NCBI GenBank assembly: GCA_038087875.1
Contig: CM075979.1
Span: forward strand, 61,070,001 to 61,134,000
Length of the DNA: 64,000 nt
Reading direction: 5' to 3'
Source: Malacoraja senta
Taxonomy: Eukaryota
The notes beneath the pieces are model-generated. The model was not told the DNA's origin and searched no databases. It was given only the letters and a program-made list of their open reading frames with translations. How positions within the stretch are numbered: the first letter of the stretch is position 1; each line of letters starts with the position of its first letter. Shown one piece after another: positions 38,428-51,540 of the stretch. The position numbers and the translations under genes were made by a program.

Positions 38428-38720
38428 TTTAGACTTTAGATCGATACAGCGTGGATACAGGTCCTTCAGCCCACATAGTCCATGCTGACCATCGATCATC
38501 CATACACTAACACTATCCTATACACTAGGGATGATTGTACAATTTGCCAAAGCCAATTAACCTACAGATTTGTACGTCTTTGGAGTGTGGGAGGAAAGCA
38601 GGACACCCAAAGAAAACCCCACGCGATCTCAGGGAGAACGTACAAACTCACGTCCAGACATCAGGATTGAACCCAGGTCTCTGGCGCTGTGAGGCAGCAA
38701 CTCTACCGCTGCGTCACTGT
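38428..38720 (-). mobile_element. HE1-like V-SINE
   Basis: Same consensus. Confidence 0.8.
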
Positions 38721-40268
38721 GTTATCCAAAACCTTCCCCTTCCATGGACATGTGCCGAACATGATGCCAAGTTAAACTAATCTCCTCTGCCTACACATGG
38801 TCCATAACCCTCCGTTCTCTGTGTCCTGGGACAGACACAGTCTTGTGAAAAAATGAAGTGAAATGTGGAGAAATCACTCCACCGCTGTTGTTAGGAAAAT
38901 GATAATGATTGTTAATCATAATCATCTTCCTTTGTGCTTGGTGTAACAACAGCGGTGGAGTGGTTTCTTCATGTTTCACTTTGTTGTTTCACACAAGTGT
39001 GCTGTACAAGGGTTTTGACACTTTCACTTAAGTTTCATTGGATAAGCATGACTGAAGAGTACAGATGATGGCATTATAACTGTGAGAATCAAACAAGTTC
39101 ATCAATGATAGACACAAAGTTCTGGAGTAACTAAGCAGGCCAGGCATCAACCCTGGGGGGAAAAGATGGGTGGCGTTTCAGGACCCTTCTTCGGACTCCC
39201 ATGTTTTTTGCCTCGAAATGTTGTCACAAATCTTTAAAATTGTGTGGCACTAATAACATGTATCTGGTCACACCAAAGATTTTCTCTGCATTGTGGAAAA
39301 AATGAATGCTGAGATCTCGCTGCAATTGTACAAGAGTAATGTAGGAGGCAGTGTTGAGCTGCATCACTGCTGTACTTACTGGGGTGAGGGAACAATCCTG
39401 TGCAGAGAGATGGAGCATGACTGGCCTATACACATGGAGACAGGAGGTGTGAGAGGCTGCTCCAGAGGAAGAGAGTACTGAACCAGGCCGATGTAGATTC
39501 CGGGTATCAAGGAGGAATCCCTTTCCATTGAGGAGAAATCCCTTTCCATTGAGCACTGTAAATCTTTGGGTTAGTAAAATCAAAGAACTGCAGATGCTGG
39601 TTAAAACACCGTTACTACAGCAAGTGCTGGGGTAACTCAGCAGGTCAAGCAGCATCTCCTGAGAACAGGGATAAGTGTCATTTCCGGTCGGGACCCTTCT
39701 CCAGCACCCGTAGCCAGGATGGAACCCGAGTCTCTGGCACTGAAAGGCAGCAACTCTCGTGCTGCTTCCTTATCTCATGTTCAAATCATTTGTGTTAACT
39801 TGTTTAAAATAAAAATAGCTTGTCATGAAACGTGCCCATCGTACGGCCAGTGCCATTTGAACCTTTACTCACACATCAACACATCATTTGAGTGTTTGAG
39901 CATCGTGCTCAGTGTGAAAGTCACAGGTTTTATGGCTGTGCAATCTGACAAAAAGTGAAATGACATTTTCACAGTAGTTTCAAGGTGTCATCTTGGAAAT
40001 TCAATGGGTGTAGTTTGAATTCCACAGTGCAGATTACATTTATACTGCCTGTACATTTCTCTCCATTTTACTCATTTAGTGTGCCTTCCATGTTCCCTGT
40101 TTCAGAACCCATGTAACTGTCCTCATGGTAAGTCATCCTCAATCCTGTGAGATACAGTAACTTAAAATGAAGCGTAACTGCCACCTAACTGTGGCGGAGT
40201 GAGCACTGATAATTGTATAACACTCACAAATTAAAGAATGACATAACAGTTGATTTCAAGGAAATACC

Positions 40269-40578
40269 TTAGTTTAGTTTAGTTTAGTCTTGGGATACAG
40301 CGCGCAAACTGGCCCTTCGGCCCACCGATTTCATGCCGACCAGCAATCCCTGCGCATTAACACTATCCTACACTCGGGACAATTTTTACATTTATACCAA
40401 GCCAATTAACCTTCAAACTTGTACGTCTTTGGAGAGTGGGAGGAAACCAAAGATCTTGGAGAAAACCCACGCAGGTCACGGGGAGAACGTACAAACTCTG
40501 TACAGACAAGCACCCGTAGTCAGGATTGAACCCGGGTCTCTGGTACTGTGAGGCAGCAGTTCTATCGCTGCGCCACCC
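40269..40578 (-). mobile_element. HE1-like V-SINE
   Basis: Same consensus, full length. Confidence 0.85.
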
Positions 40579-41067
40579 AATAATGAAATGCAAAGAATAT
40601 AAAATGTGAAATATTACTTGTTGAAGAAGAATGATAAGAAATTGGTGGTGTGGTCAAAAGTGCTTCACGTTTTGATATTTTTTGCATTTCTTTTTTGCAA
40701 TTTCTTGCAAAACTAACAAATGAAAGCATGAAGTAGGAGCAAACTCTCTAATATAAATCACACGATTTGTCACTTCTTTTAACACAGACAGTTATTTCTA
40801 TATTTTACTTGGGATATAGAGAAAACTGACAAGGCAATAGTTTTTGCACTTCATGAGTTGCCTTAAAATATTTTAAGTCAGACATCCAGAGGGGACAGAA
40901 ATACCAGGGAGATCAGACATGGTGAGATAGGTTGTTTTTTTCTGGTGAACTTATTGACAACTTCAGTTGATACTAGCTCACAAAATACTGGATTATCGGA
41001 ATTACTAACATATTGATTTTCATCTGCCATATTGTAGATCATTTCCTGCTGATTGATTTTACTTCAG

Positions 41068-41370
41068 ATTTTGGAGATATAGCATAGAAGCAGGCCCTTC
41101 GGCCCACCGGGATCCGCACTGACCAACGGTCAACCTGTACACAAGCTCAATCCCACTCACGAGGGACAATGTACAATTTTGCAGTGGCCAATTAACTTAC
41201 AAACCTGTACGTCTTTGGAGTGTGGGAGGAAACCGGAGCACCTGGAGAAGACCCACGCGGTCACAGTGGGGGAACATACAAACTCTAGACAGACAGCACC
41301 CGTAGCCAGGATGGAACCCGGGTCCCTGGCGCTGTAAGGCATCAACTCTACCGCTGCGCCACCGTGCCAC
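41068..41370 (-). mobile_element. HE1-like V-SINE
   Basis: Same consensus, full length. Confidence 0.85.
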
Positions 41371-42399
41371 TCTGCCGATTAGAAGGGGTGAGGTTGGGGG
41401 GACAAGGGAAATTGATGGTTGAGAAAATTAATTGGTGGGCGTCGAGGGAAGGTGCTCTTGTTATTGAGGAGGGGTTCGCTGGTAATGAAAAGTGCTGGTC
41501 AGAGTTCAAGGATCAGGTCAGATCAGCCACTCGTTGGGCGAGACAACACTCAGATCAAGTTTGCAAGTCGGAGTGGGGAGAGGGTCAGGTGAAGGTTATG
41601 ACCTTGGAGGAGCTGGTGGAAGTCACTGCCTGGATGTGTGACCAAGGGAAGAGGTCCATGTATAACTTAAAAGAGATGTACCAGAGGCAAGTCGAGAATG
41701 CCAGGCTTGAAGCAATTCAGACAAGACCCCTGGAAGTAACTGAGAAGCATGAATGCTTGCTGCTGCAAGAGTGGCCCTTGGATGGCACAGAACAAGCATG
41801 TGTGAACATAGGACATGTCCATGTTTGTGATCCATGCTGTTTGGACACTATTAGATGCTATCTTCTATATCCAGTGTCTTCCATCCAGCAATAAAGGAAA
41901 TGCAAGGAAAATCATGGACCTCCTGCAACTTATAAGAGTCACCAATTTTTCATTATGTTTTATGTCTCATTGAAATTGAATTCCACAATACATAGAATTG
42001 TCAGGCTGAATTATCTAATTTTCAGATACTTTATTAATATACTCCTTTCCCTTTGCAATAAAGGCCAACATCACCATTCCAAAGTTTAGGTCCATCCCTT
42101 ACTCCGTCCGCCTTCCCCAACTAGATCCATTTGCCCACCATCCCACCCTTCTCATCGTCACCAACACCACCCCTGACAGTGCATTCCAGGCACCCACAAC
42201 CTTCCTTGTAAAAAAACATGCTCGACACATCACCGTTTAACTTTTGCCCTTTCACCGCAAACCTATGCTCTCTACTGTTTGACACATAAAGCTCAGTAGT
42301 CCTTCAAGTCTTTTTCATCATTGTCCATTAACCCGATTGCCTAAGTTCATTGATATCCAATAGCAGAGTTAGTCTGTATTCACAGGTGCAGAGGACAAG

Positions 42400-42698
42400 G
42401 TTTAGTTTAGTTTAGGGATGCAGCATTGAAACAGGCCCTTCGGCCCACTGAGTCAGCGCCGACCAGCAATCCTCGCACACTAACACTATCCTACACACAC
42501 CAGGGATAATTTACAATTTTACCAAAGTCTGCAAACTTGTACCACTTTGGAGTGTGGGAGGAAACCGGAACACCCAGAGAAAACCCATGCAGGTCACAGG
42601 GCATACAAACTCCGTACAGACAGCACCCATAGTCAGGATCGAACCCGGGTCTCTGGCGCTGTAAGGCAGCAACGCTACCGCTGTGCCACCGTGTCGCC
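42400..42698 (-). mobile_element. HE1-like V-SINE
   Basis: Same consensus, full length. Confidence 0.85.
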
Positions 42699-42834
42699 TC
42701 CAATAGCTCTTGTGATCTTGTGCCTTTTAATAGCTCACTTTGCAAAGTTGACCTGCACCTGACCACAACTCATGCTGAACTCATTCAGGTTGTTTTAGTG
42801 CTCAACTACCAAACCAATGGTACAATAGTAAAAA

Positions 42835-43112
42835 CAAACAACTGCAGCAGCTAGGTTATACCAAAGATAGATACAAAATGCTGGAGTAACTCAGTGGGTC
42901 AGGCAGCATTTCCGGAGGAAAAGGACAGGTGACGTTTCGGGTCAGGACCCTTCTTCAAACTAATGTTTCGGGTCGGGACCCTTCTTCAAATTGAAGGAGG
43001 GTCCCAATCCTAAATGTCACTTATCCTTTTTCTCCAGAGATGCTGCCCCGCTGAGTTACTCCAGCACTCTGTGTCCATCGTTGGTATAAACTAGCTTCTG
43101 CAGTTCTTTGTT
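42835..43112. mobile_element. Fold-back Penelope-derived unit with tandem hammerhead cores
   Basis: Inverted arms; two head-to-tail minus-strand cores (42931-42958, 42962-42989) and one degenerate plus-strand core (about 42991-43018). Confidence 0.75.
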
Positions 43113-43124
43113 TCTACTATTGTA

Positions 43125-43890
43125 TTATCTAAATGGCATCAAGTTGGGAAAAGGGGAAGTACAACGGGATCTGGGGGTCCTTGTTCATCAGTCTATGAAA
43201 GTAAGCATGCAGGTACAGCAGGCAATGAAGAAAGCGAATGGCATGTTGGCCTTTATAACAAGAGGAATCGAATATAGGAGCAAAGAGGTCCTTCTGCAGT
43301 TGTACAGAGCCCTAGTGAGACCACACCTGGAGTATTGTGTGCAGTTTTGGTCCCCTAATTTGAGGAAGGACATTCTTGCTATTGAGGGAGTGCAACGTAG
43401 GTTTACAAGGTTAATTCCCGGGATGGCGGGACTGTCATATGCTGAGAGAATGGAGCAGCTGGGCTTGTACACTCTGGAGTTTAGAAGGATGAGAGGGGAT
43501 CTCATTGAAGCATATAAGATTGTTAAGGGCTTGGACACACTAGAGGCAGGGGACATGTTCCCGATGTTGGGGGAGTCCAGAACCAGGGGCCACAGTTTAA
43601 GAATAAGGAGTAAGCCATTTAGTACGGAGATGAGGAAACACTTTTTCTCACAGAGAGTGGTGAGTCTGTGGAATTCTCTGCCTCAGAGGGCGGTGGAGGC
43701 AGGTTCTCTGGATGCTTTCAAGAGAGATCTCGATAGGGATCTTAAAAATAGCGGAGTCAGCGGATATGGGGAGAAGGCAGGAACAGGGTACTGATTGTGG
43801 ATGATCAGCCATGATTATATTGAATGGCGGTGCTGGCTCGAAGGGCCGAATGGCCTGCTCCTGCACCTATTGTCTATTGTCTATTGTCTA
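43125..43890 (+). mobile_element. CR1 LINE 3' fragment (young)
   Basis: Open ORF2 C-terminus (RDLGV...LVRPHLEYCVQFWSP...GYGEKAGTGY), 3' UTR and (CTATTGT)n tail. Confidence 0.92.
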
Positions 43891-44370
43891 CCATTGTACA
43901 ATAGCACAGGACTGAAGTTATTGAATTAGTAAACCAGAGGGCTTGCTTCCTGGGTTTAAGCAGGGAACTTAAATAAAGTTCTTTAAGGATTTTGGGGATA
44001 AAATAATTGGTAATGGAGATCTTAAAAAAGAGCAAAATTCATCAAAACCCCATTAGTTTTGTCAAGGTTTTTAGAGTTCTATATGTGACTCAGGCCAACA
44101 GGAATATGTTTGAATAATGGGCGTGGATTTTAAATCTTTGACTTAGCACAAAGCTGGTGAGTTTTATGGGAGGCAGCTTGTTCTATCCACATCACCTTGT
44201 TACCTTATCCCAGACCCTGTTTTCGCTTGGGGCCAAACTGCAAATGGAATAAATCACATGCAGGACATGCAAGAGAATCCTCCAGTGGTACTCGGACCAT
44301 TCAATAAACTATGTTTGAAAATAGAAGACACAAATGAACTGTTGCAAAGCATCCTGAGTCCTGTGAATCA

Positions 44371-45140
44371 GGGGCAGTACAGTGGCACAGCGGTAGAGTT
44401 ACTGCCTTACAGCACCAGAGACCCTGGTTTGATCCCGACCAAGCGAGCTGTCTGTACAGAGTTTGTGGCCGTGTGGCTGCGTGGGTTTTCTCCGGGTGCT
44501 CCAGATTCCACCCACACTCCAAAGACGTGCAGGTTTGTTGGTTAATTGGCTTCTGTAAATTGTAAATTGTCCCTAGTGTGTAGGATGGTGCTGGTGTATG
44601 GGGTGATCACTGGTCAACGCAGACTTGGTGGACCAAAGTCTAAAGAGTTCCCCACAGAGTTCCTCGTTCACTATTTTCCAAGAGTATCACTAATTCTCAT
44701 TATGGTCATTGCAGGACTCTCACCAAATCAGATCAATTCAAACCAAGTGAAGCAACAGCACAGAAAAGCCCACAGGTTCCTACTGTTTGGACTTTGAACC
44801 ATTCCTTCTTTGAGGACCACCTCCACTGAAATGTAAACCTCCACCGCCTCACAGGGACAGCCACCCAGGTTCGATCCTGGCCTTGGGTGCTGTCTATGTG
44901 GAGTTCGCACATTCTACCCTTGACCACATGGGTTTCGGGTGACCTTCGGGTGCTCCGCGGTGTCCTCCCACATTCCAAAGACGTGCGGGTTTGCAGGTTA
45001 ATTGGCCTTTGTAAAACGTTCCCTCAGGTGTAGGAAATGGATGCAAAAGTGGAATAACATAGAAGTAATTAGAATGGGTGGTCGATGGTCAGCGTGGACT
45101 CGGTGGGCCGAGGGGCTTGTTTCAACGCTGTATCATTCAT
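44371..45140 (+). mobile_element. Two HE1-like V-SINE copies (44371-44645; about 44845-45140)
   Basis: Same consensus. Confidence 0.8.
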
Positions 45141-45821
45141 TCAAAATTCAATAAAGAGAAAGTCCATAATTGCTCATGGACAATGGCATCCCAGTAATTT
45201 ATTCAAGACCATCATCGGAAGAGTTCTTGAAGCAAAGTGAACTGAGCAATGCCACTGCAAAATGAACGTGGTATGACAGTTTGTTTTATTTTGCATTTTC
45301 ATCTACCAAAGTTAAACTTCACGTTGCTTAAAAAGCTGCTAATTATCACAGAAAGACAGAGGAACATCCTGTCAGTGGCTTGACTGCTTGAAGTCCTGCC
45401 ACAACAGAGCAAACAGCTGGAAGCAGACAGTGTGATCAGGGCAACACAATTACACAGTGATCCATCCATGCTATGATCAGAAAGAATATATCAATTTGAG
45501 AACCCATATAACCATATAACCATAACAGCACGGAAACAGGCCATCTCGGCCCTTCAAGTCCGTGCCGAACCCACATTGTAGTTATTCCCTATTTTGATCA
45601 TAAACGTGAGAATTGAACTTTAAGTGATTTCATTCTGTATAAACCCTTGTGACCCATCCATTGTTTAAAATTGTTCAGCCTGAATGCACTGTTCAACATA
45701 TTTATCAGTTTTACATGTGTACTTGGCAACCCCAAGATTTAAATAAAACCACCTCCTATTCAAAATGTGAAAGAGATCTTTGGCCATTATTCAAATTTTT
45801 GCCACATCTGTTATAACATTA

Positions 45822-46131
45822 GAGTTTAGTTGTGTTTAGAGATACAGCACAGAAACAGGCCCTACGGCCACTGAGTCCATGTTGACCGGCGATCCCCATA
45901 CACTAGCATTATCCTACACACTAGAGACAGTTTAATCTTTACTGAAGCCAATTAACCTACAAACCTGTACTTCTTTAGAATGTGGGAGGAAACTGGAGCA
46001 CCCATGGAAAACTCACACAGGTCACGGGGAGAACGTACAAACACCGTACAGACAGCACCCGTGGTCAGGATCAAACCAGGGATTCTGGCGCTGTAATGCA
46101 GCAACTCTACCACTGTGTCGCCATGCCGCCC
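45822..46131 (-). mobile_element. HE1-like V-SINE
   Basis: Same consensus, full length. Confidence 0.85.
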
Positions 46132-47541
46132 CTTAGCTGAAGTATTTTCTCCGTGCAGGATACTGGGGCTTGCTTCATGACAAGGGTTACAAACAGGAGT
46201 TCATCAATACATTTGTAAATATTAGTCTGGTTAATTAATGTAGAACAGCATTTCTGTTCATTTCAAATCACTTTCTCGCAATATACCAGAGAAAATTTCA
46301 TATATTGTGATCATATTTGAATCAGTTTCTTGTTCTTTCTCCTGAAATCACAGGAGGGAAAAAAACATACATGGACTACTCTCTGTGTGTATAAGATCAT
46401 GAGAGGAATAGATAGGGTGAATGCACAGAGTCTTTTATCCAGAGTTGTAGAATCAAGATCGAGAGGACCTAGGTTTAAGGTGAGGGACAACTTTTTTTAC
46501 ACAAAGGATGGTAGGTATATAGTGTAGATGAGGTATGTTGGTTGGCGTGGGCACGTTGGGCCAAATTCTCTATGAGGAATCTGCACCCTCAAACCAACAA
46601 TGCCAATTTTTCAGGAGACATAACAAATCTTTTCTGAGAAACTCACAATTGCAAATCCCATTCTTTACTCAACCTCCATAAGTCTTAAAGTAACATTGCT
46701 TCAATGTCAAACAAAAATGCTGGGAAATTTTCACATTCAAATTATAGGGGTAGAATTAGCCCATCCGGCCCATCAAATCTACTCTGCCATTCAATCAAGG
46801 CTGATCTCTGTCTTCTAATCCCATTTTCCTGCCTTCTCCCCATAACCCTTGACACCCATTCTAATCAAGAATTGAGTACTTGAATTCTGTACTCCCAGCC
46901 ATTTTGCTATAAAATACATTATTTCATTTGCTTTCTGCATCTTCATTTGCTTTTTTTTTTAAACCAGCAAAACTAGGTTCCTGTATGCACATATACTCAT
47001 TAATTCATCTTTCAAAAAATATTCTGCTTTTTGTAGTTTCTAAAATCTATTTTAGAGTAGGACATTATTTGATTATAAAAATATTACAAAATTATTGTTT
47101 CTTGGAAGTGTGAATAGGTCTATTTATATTATCCCTTTTTAGACTACCATTACTGACACCCATAATGTAACACTCACTCTTCAGATAGATAATTGTGCCA
47201 GATTTTACTGGGAAAATCATCAGGTCCACAAAGTGTACTTTAGTACATTCTCTCTCAAATAAAACTACACAAGACGCTGATATTATGTGATCAACCTTTG
47301 AGCAGTGGGGTGGGTCTACACTTTCATAACTTTTTGTTAAAGCAACAGAAATTGAATGGGTTTTCCACCACATTGTTTTGTGCTGTGATGGTGTGGAACA
47401 CATCCTAGAGCAGATGAAACTTTGCTAAAACATCCAAACAAGTCACGAATATGTCTGCAAATAGGTTACATCACAGTATTCAGGGTCAGTTCTGCGAGCA
47501 GTGTTTACACCAAAATGAATATGAGATCGACGTGCAGGCCA

Positions 47542-47716
47542 TCAAATTCCAAAGTGCTTGTTCATCTTCGATAGACTATCACACACAGTCGCGAGGTCTC
47601 GGCGGATATCTTGAACTACTTTTTCAATGCTCCTGGTATCTTTCAGCATCTCAATGCGTTGGGTATATGGATCGTAGCGAACAGAAAATGGCCGTTTGAC
47701 TGACTTTGCAAAGTCC
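47542..47716 (-). CDS. TPH2: Tryptophan hydroxylase 2, last coding exon (tetramerisation helix)
   Basis: Acceptor tctttcag|G; encodes (R)[60 protein letters not shown], closely resembling the TPH2 C-terminus. Position upstream of TRHDE supports TPH2 rather than TPH1. Confidence 0.95.
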
Positions 47717-48624
47717 CTGAAAGAAATCGTTTCCATTTGGAATAATGTTTAATTAGAATTATACCCAAAGAAGGACAACGCATAGAATTTCAATGTCCCT
47801 CTTTCTTGTAATGCAAATGTGTCAAGAATAAAACCAATCGATTCGGAGTACTCATTCCACAAACCAGCTACATAGTCTGCTATATCCTCCTTTTTAACCC
47901 TCTTAATCTTTTGATCTTCAAAACCATTTCCACAAAAAAACAATATATAAAATATATTAAAGTGTCCCAGACATCACTGACAAGGTCAGTGTCCATTATG
48001 CTTCCATATTTCCTTTGAGAATGTGAGTTTCCCTCTTGAACCGCTGACATTTATCTGGCATAGACATTGCTCCCCTTTTGCTTGCTAGGCTGTTCTGAAG
48101 AAGGGTCTCGACCTGAAACATCTTCTATTCCTTTCCTCCAGAGATGCTGTCTGACCCGCTGAGTTACTCCAGCTTTTTGTGTCTATCTTCTGATCCAAGA
48201 TGTTGATCCACAGATACTGAATCTTACCTGCTTTCCGTGGACAGTAGTCTCATTGTGAGTGAACTCAATTCCTTCCTAAAACTTCCATATCCTCCACATC
48301 TTCAAAGCCCCAAAACAACAGGACTCTGACCATCCCAATATTTCGGAAGCCAGAAGTTATTTAAAAATACCAAGCTAAGAAGGTTCACAGGGCATTGCCA
48401 TCAACCCTGTCATGAAAAAGGGTCCCGACCCAGAACGTCACCCATCTTTTTTCTCCAGAGATGCTGCCTGACCCGCTGAGTTATTCCAGCACTTTGTGTC
48501 TTTCTTTAGCCAGGAATGTTGCTCTGTTCCACTGATCGTAAAAGTTATTCAGAATGAGATGACTTCTGGTAGATAATGATCATTACATATTAGGTACGGG
48601 GGAAGATATTTACCTGGATAAGAC

Positions 48625-49540
48625 CAGCACAGTGGTGCAGCTAGTAGAGCTACTGCCTCATAGTGCCAGAAACCTGTGATCGATCCTGCTCTCGGGTGTT
48701 GTGTGCGTGCAGTTTGCATGGTCTCCCTGTGACCGCGTGGGTTTCCTGCAGGTTTCCTGCAGGTTTCCTCCCACAACCAAAATATGTGCAGATTTGTATG
48801 GTTATTGGTCTCTGTAAATTGCCCCCAGTATGTAGGGAGTGGATGAGAAAGTTGGATAACATAGACCTAGTGTGAATGGGTGATTGATGGTTGCGGTGGA
48901 CTCGGTGGGCAAAAGGGCCAGTTTCCTAGCTGTATCTTTCAATTCAATTCAATTCAATCCAATCCATTCCTGGATGCGTTGATCACAGAACTGTTAGTAA
49001 TGAGCTGATGCTCAGAAAGGCCAAGGCAAATCTCCAATTCATTTGAATACACACAGTCACAGTTACACCGCAGGATGGAATTAAAGCAGAACATGATGTT
49101 AATTGCAGAGCACCTGGAGAACATTTAGTTGTTCCTACTAAATGTGCGCCGTGGAAATGTGCGTGCGTTGAGATCCAATTTGGAAATTCAATCTGTCCTA
49201 CATTGTGTAATTAGTCCATGCATCTAAGACATTAGATATCCAGTGCAGAAACAGACCCTTTTGGCCCATCGAGTCCGTGCCGACCAGTGATCACCCCGTA
49301 CACTAGCACTATTCCACACACTAGGGATAATTTGCCATTTTACTGAAGCCAATTAACCTACAAACCTGTACATCTTTGGAGTCTGGGAGGAAACCACAGC
49401 ACTTGGTAAAAACCCATGTGGTCACAGGTAGAATGTACTAACGCCGTACAGATGGTACCCGTGGTCAGGATCAAACCCAGGTCTCTGGCGCTGTAAGGCA
49501 GCAGCGGCAGCAGCATTATCGCTATGTCACTGTGCCGCAC
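48625..49540. mobile_element. Two oppositely oriented HE1-like V-SINEs (+ 48625-48960; - 49230-49540)
   Basis: Same consensus; (CAATT)n tail on the first. Confidence 0.8.
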
Positions 49541-50090
49541 TAAATCAAAACCCTGAGGAGAAACATTTACCACCAGATCTTCCTACATGAAACAGCACAC
49601 AGGTAGAAAGATCTGAAACAGAGAGAAGCAGGGAGAATATAACAGATAAAGGAAGCAGTGTATGGTTAGAATCAATACCGCTTTGAGGATTAAACAGTCA
49701 ATTTCCACAAAAGCAGAACTAACAAGATGGATAGGAGCCTGCTCCAGTAGTTGAACAACCTAGGAGAGAACATATTCCTGTAATATTGTCCAAGTTAGTG
49801 TCTACCATGACGTTTGCTCAATCTGGTTTCAGACCATCTCTGGTGTTCATGTGACCCTCATGTGGGACCTATCTCCATGTTCAACTCCTGATTTCACCCA
49901 CAGCACCAACATCAGTCTGAAGAAGGGTCTCGACCTGAAACATCACCTATTCCTTTTCTCCAGAGATGCTGCCTGACCCGCTGACTTATTCCAGGATTTT
50001 GTCTATCTTCGGTGTCTACCTGCATCTTACAGTTCCACTGGTCTGCCATTGCTGAGACGCGTTCTCAATATCCTTCCTAATCACTAGAGC

Positions 50091-51540
50091 CAGGATGTTT
50101 AGGCGCTAAAAAACTCTGAAATAGGCAGGCAAAAAGGCGTAATAAAATTACAAAAAAGGCATGGAAAAGGCTTTTATCGACAAAAAGGCATAAAAAGGCA
50201 TGTATTTCCACCACCCAAAATATGGTTCAAAATGATAATATAAAGGAATTCTACATTAAATGACCAAAGTTGCCTGGTTGCACATAACTACTAGCATTTT
50301 TTTCAAATTATCTGGTGTTAAACTGCCGTTTGTCAGACAGAATATGCTTCAGTTGTGAAAAACTTATTTCTACCCCAGCTGAGGTCACTGGTGCATACCC
50401 GAAACAAGCTATCGACTCTATATTCATATCGCATGAATCTTGTGCATTACAACTACCTTTGAGAACTTTAGCTATGTTTTGTATTTCTTCAAGATCTTTG
50501 TAAGCTATAATTACTCTCTCAATTTCCTTGTATATCTTTACCTACATCACCAGGAATTTTACGGATATCGTCAGTTAATTTGTTGAAAATCTGCAAGTTG
50601 TTCACTAATGTTTCACTACGTTTCTCAAGGGAAGTGATAGCTTGTGGGAAGTTTGCAAAATTGGAAGCAATAAACACAAGATCGCAGTGGAGGGACTTTT
50701 TATGCATGATTTCACTGACGATCCTGACTGCAGCAGATTCTCTTTTTCAAAACAGTTGACGATTAATTTTATCTTTTCAAAATTTGCAGCATTGTAGAGT
50801 ACAGCAGAGAGCCATGTACACTACCAAGTCAAAACAGGCTGAAGAGGTAGCAGATTCTCAGATACCATTTCCTTGAACAACTGCACATGTGACTGTGCTT
50901 TGAGGAAATTTTTCTTGACATTGGAAACTAGGCGATCGACATTTGGAAACAAACTACGTATGTGCTTGACAACTCTATGAAGTCCTTGTGCTAAGTATGT
51001 CAAATGCAACATTTTGGTGAATAAAACTTTAAGAGCACAAGCAGCTTTTTTCATGTACGGAGTTGCATCAGTCACAAACAGAAGAACATTCTCGTGTTTT
51101 ATACCTTCTGGCCAAAGTACAGCAAGTGAAGATATAAACAACTGAGCAATAGTTGAGCTGTTTAACTTCTCCAATACTTCCGATGTCAACAAATACACCT
51201 TTGATGGTTGACCTGCCTCCAGTGTACCGATTACCACATTGGCAACATATCTCCCCACAGCATCGGTTGTCTCATCTATTGAGATCCATATTTTGTTGCT
51301 TGCAACTTCATCTCTAATTTTCTGCACAACAATGTTGAAGTTGCTGTCAACATAATTTTTCCGTAATGATGACTCGCTTGGTATATGTTCCTCTGTGTAT
51401 TTCTCTAAAAAACCACTGAGAGACTTGTTTTCCAATTTCCACAGTGGAATTCCAGCATCAATGAATGCCTTACACAGATCACTCGAAAACTCAGATTTGC
51501 GACTGGAGCCAGCAGTAAATGTAGTGAGGAGACAAGCTTG
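50091..51540 (-). mobile_element. hAT-superfamily transposase remnant (CGGBP1-related/hAT19-like) in the last TPH2 intron
   Basis: DLCKAFIDAGIPLWKLEN..LSGFLEKY, IWISIDETTDAVGRYVANV, LLFVTDATPYM, and the C-terminal dimerisation-like motif YAPVTSAGVEISFSQLKHILSDKR (about 50400-50325). Few stops or frameshifts. Subterminal AAAAGGC repeats at 50131-50199. A Penelope remnant (51541-51812) abuts the 5' side. Confidence 0.85.

Noticed and set aside
45190-47541. TPH2 polyadenylation site
   Set aside because: No clear proximal AATAAA on the minus strand; candidates near 45198-45290 lie beyond several repeats and cannot be supported.
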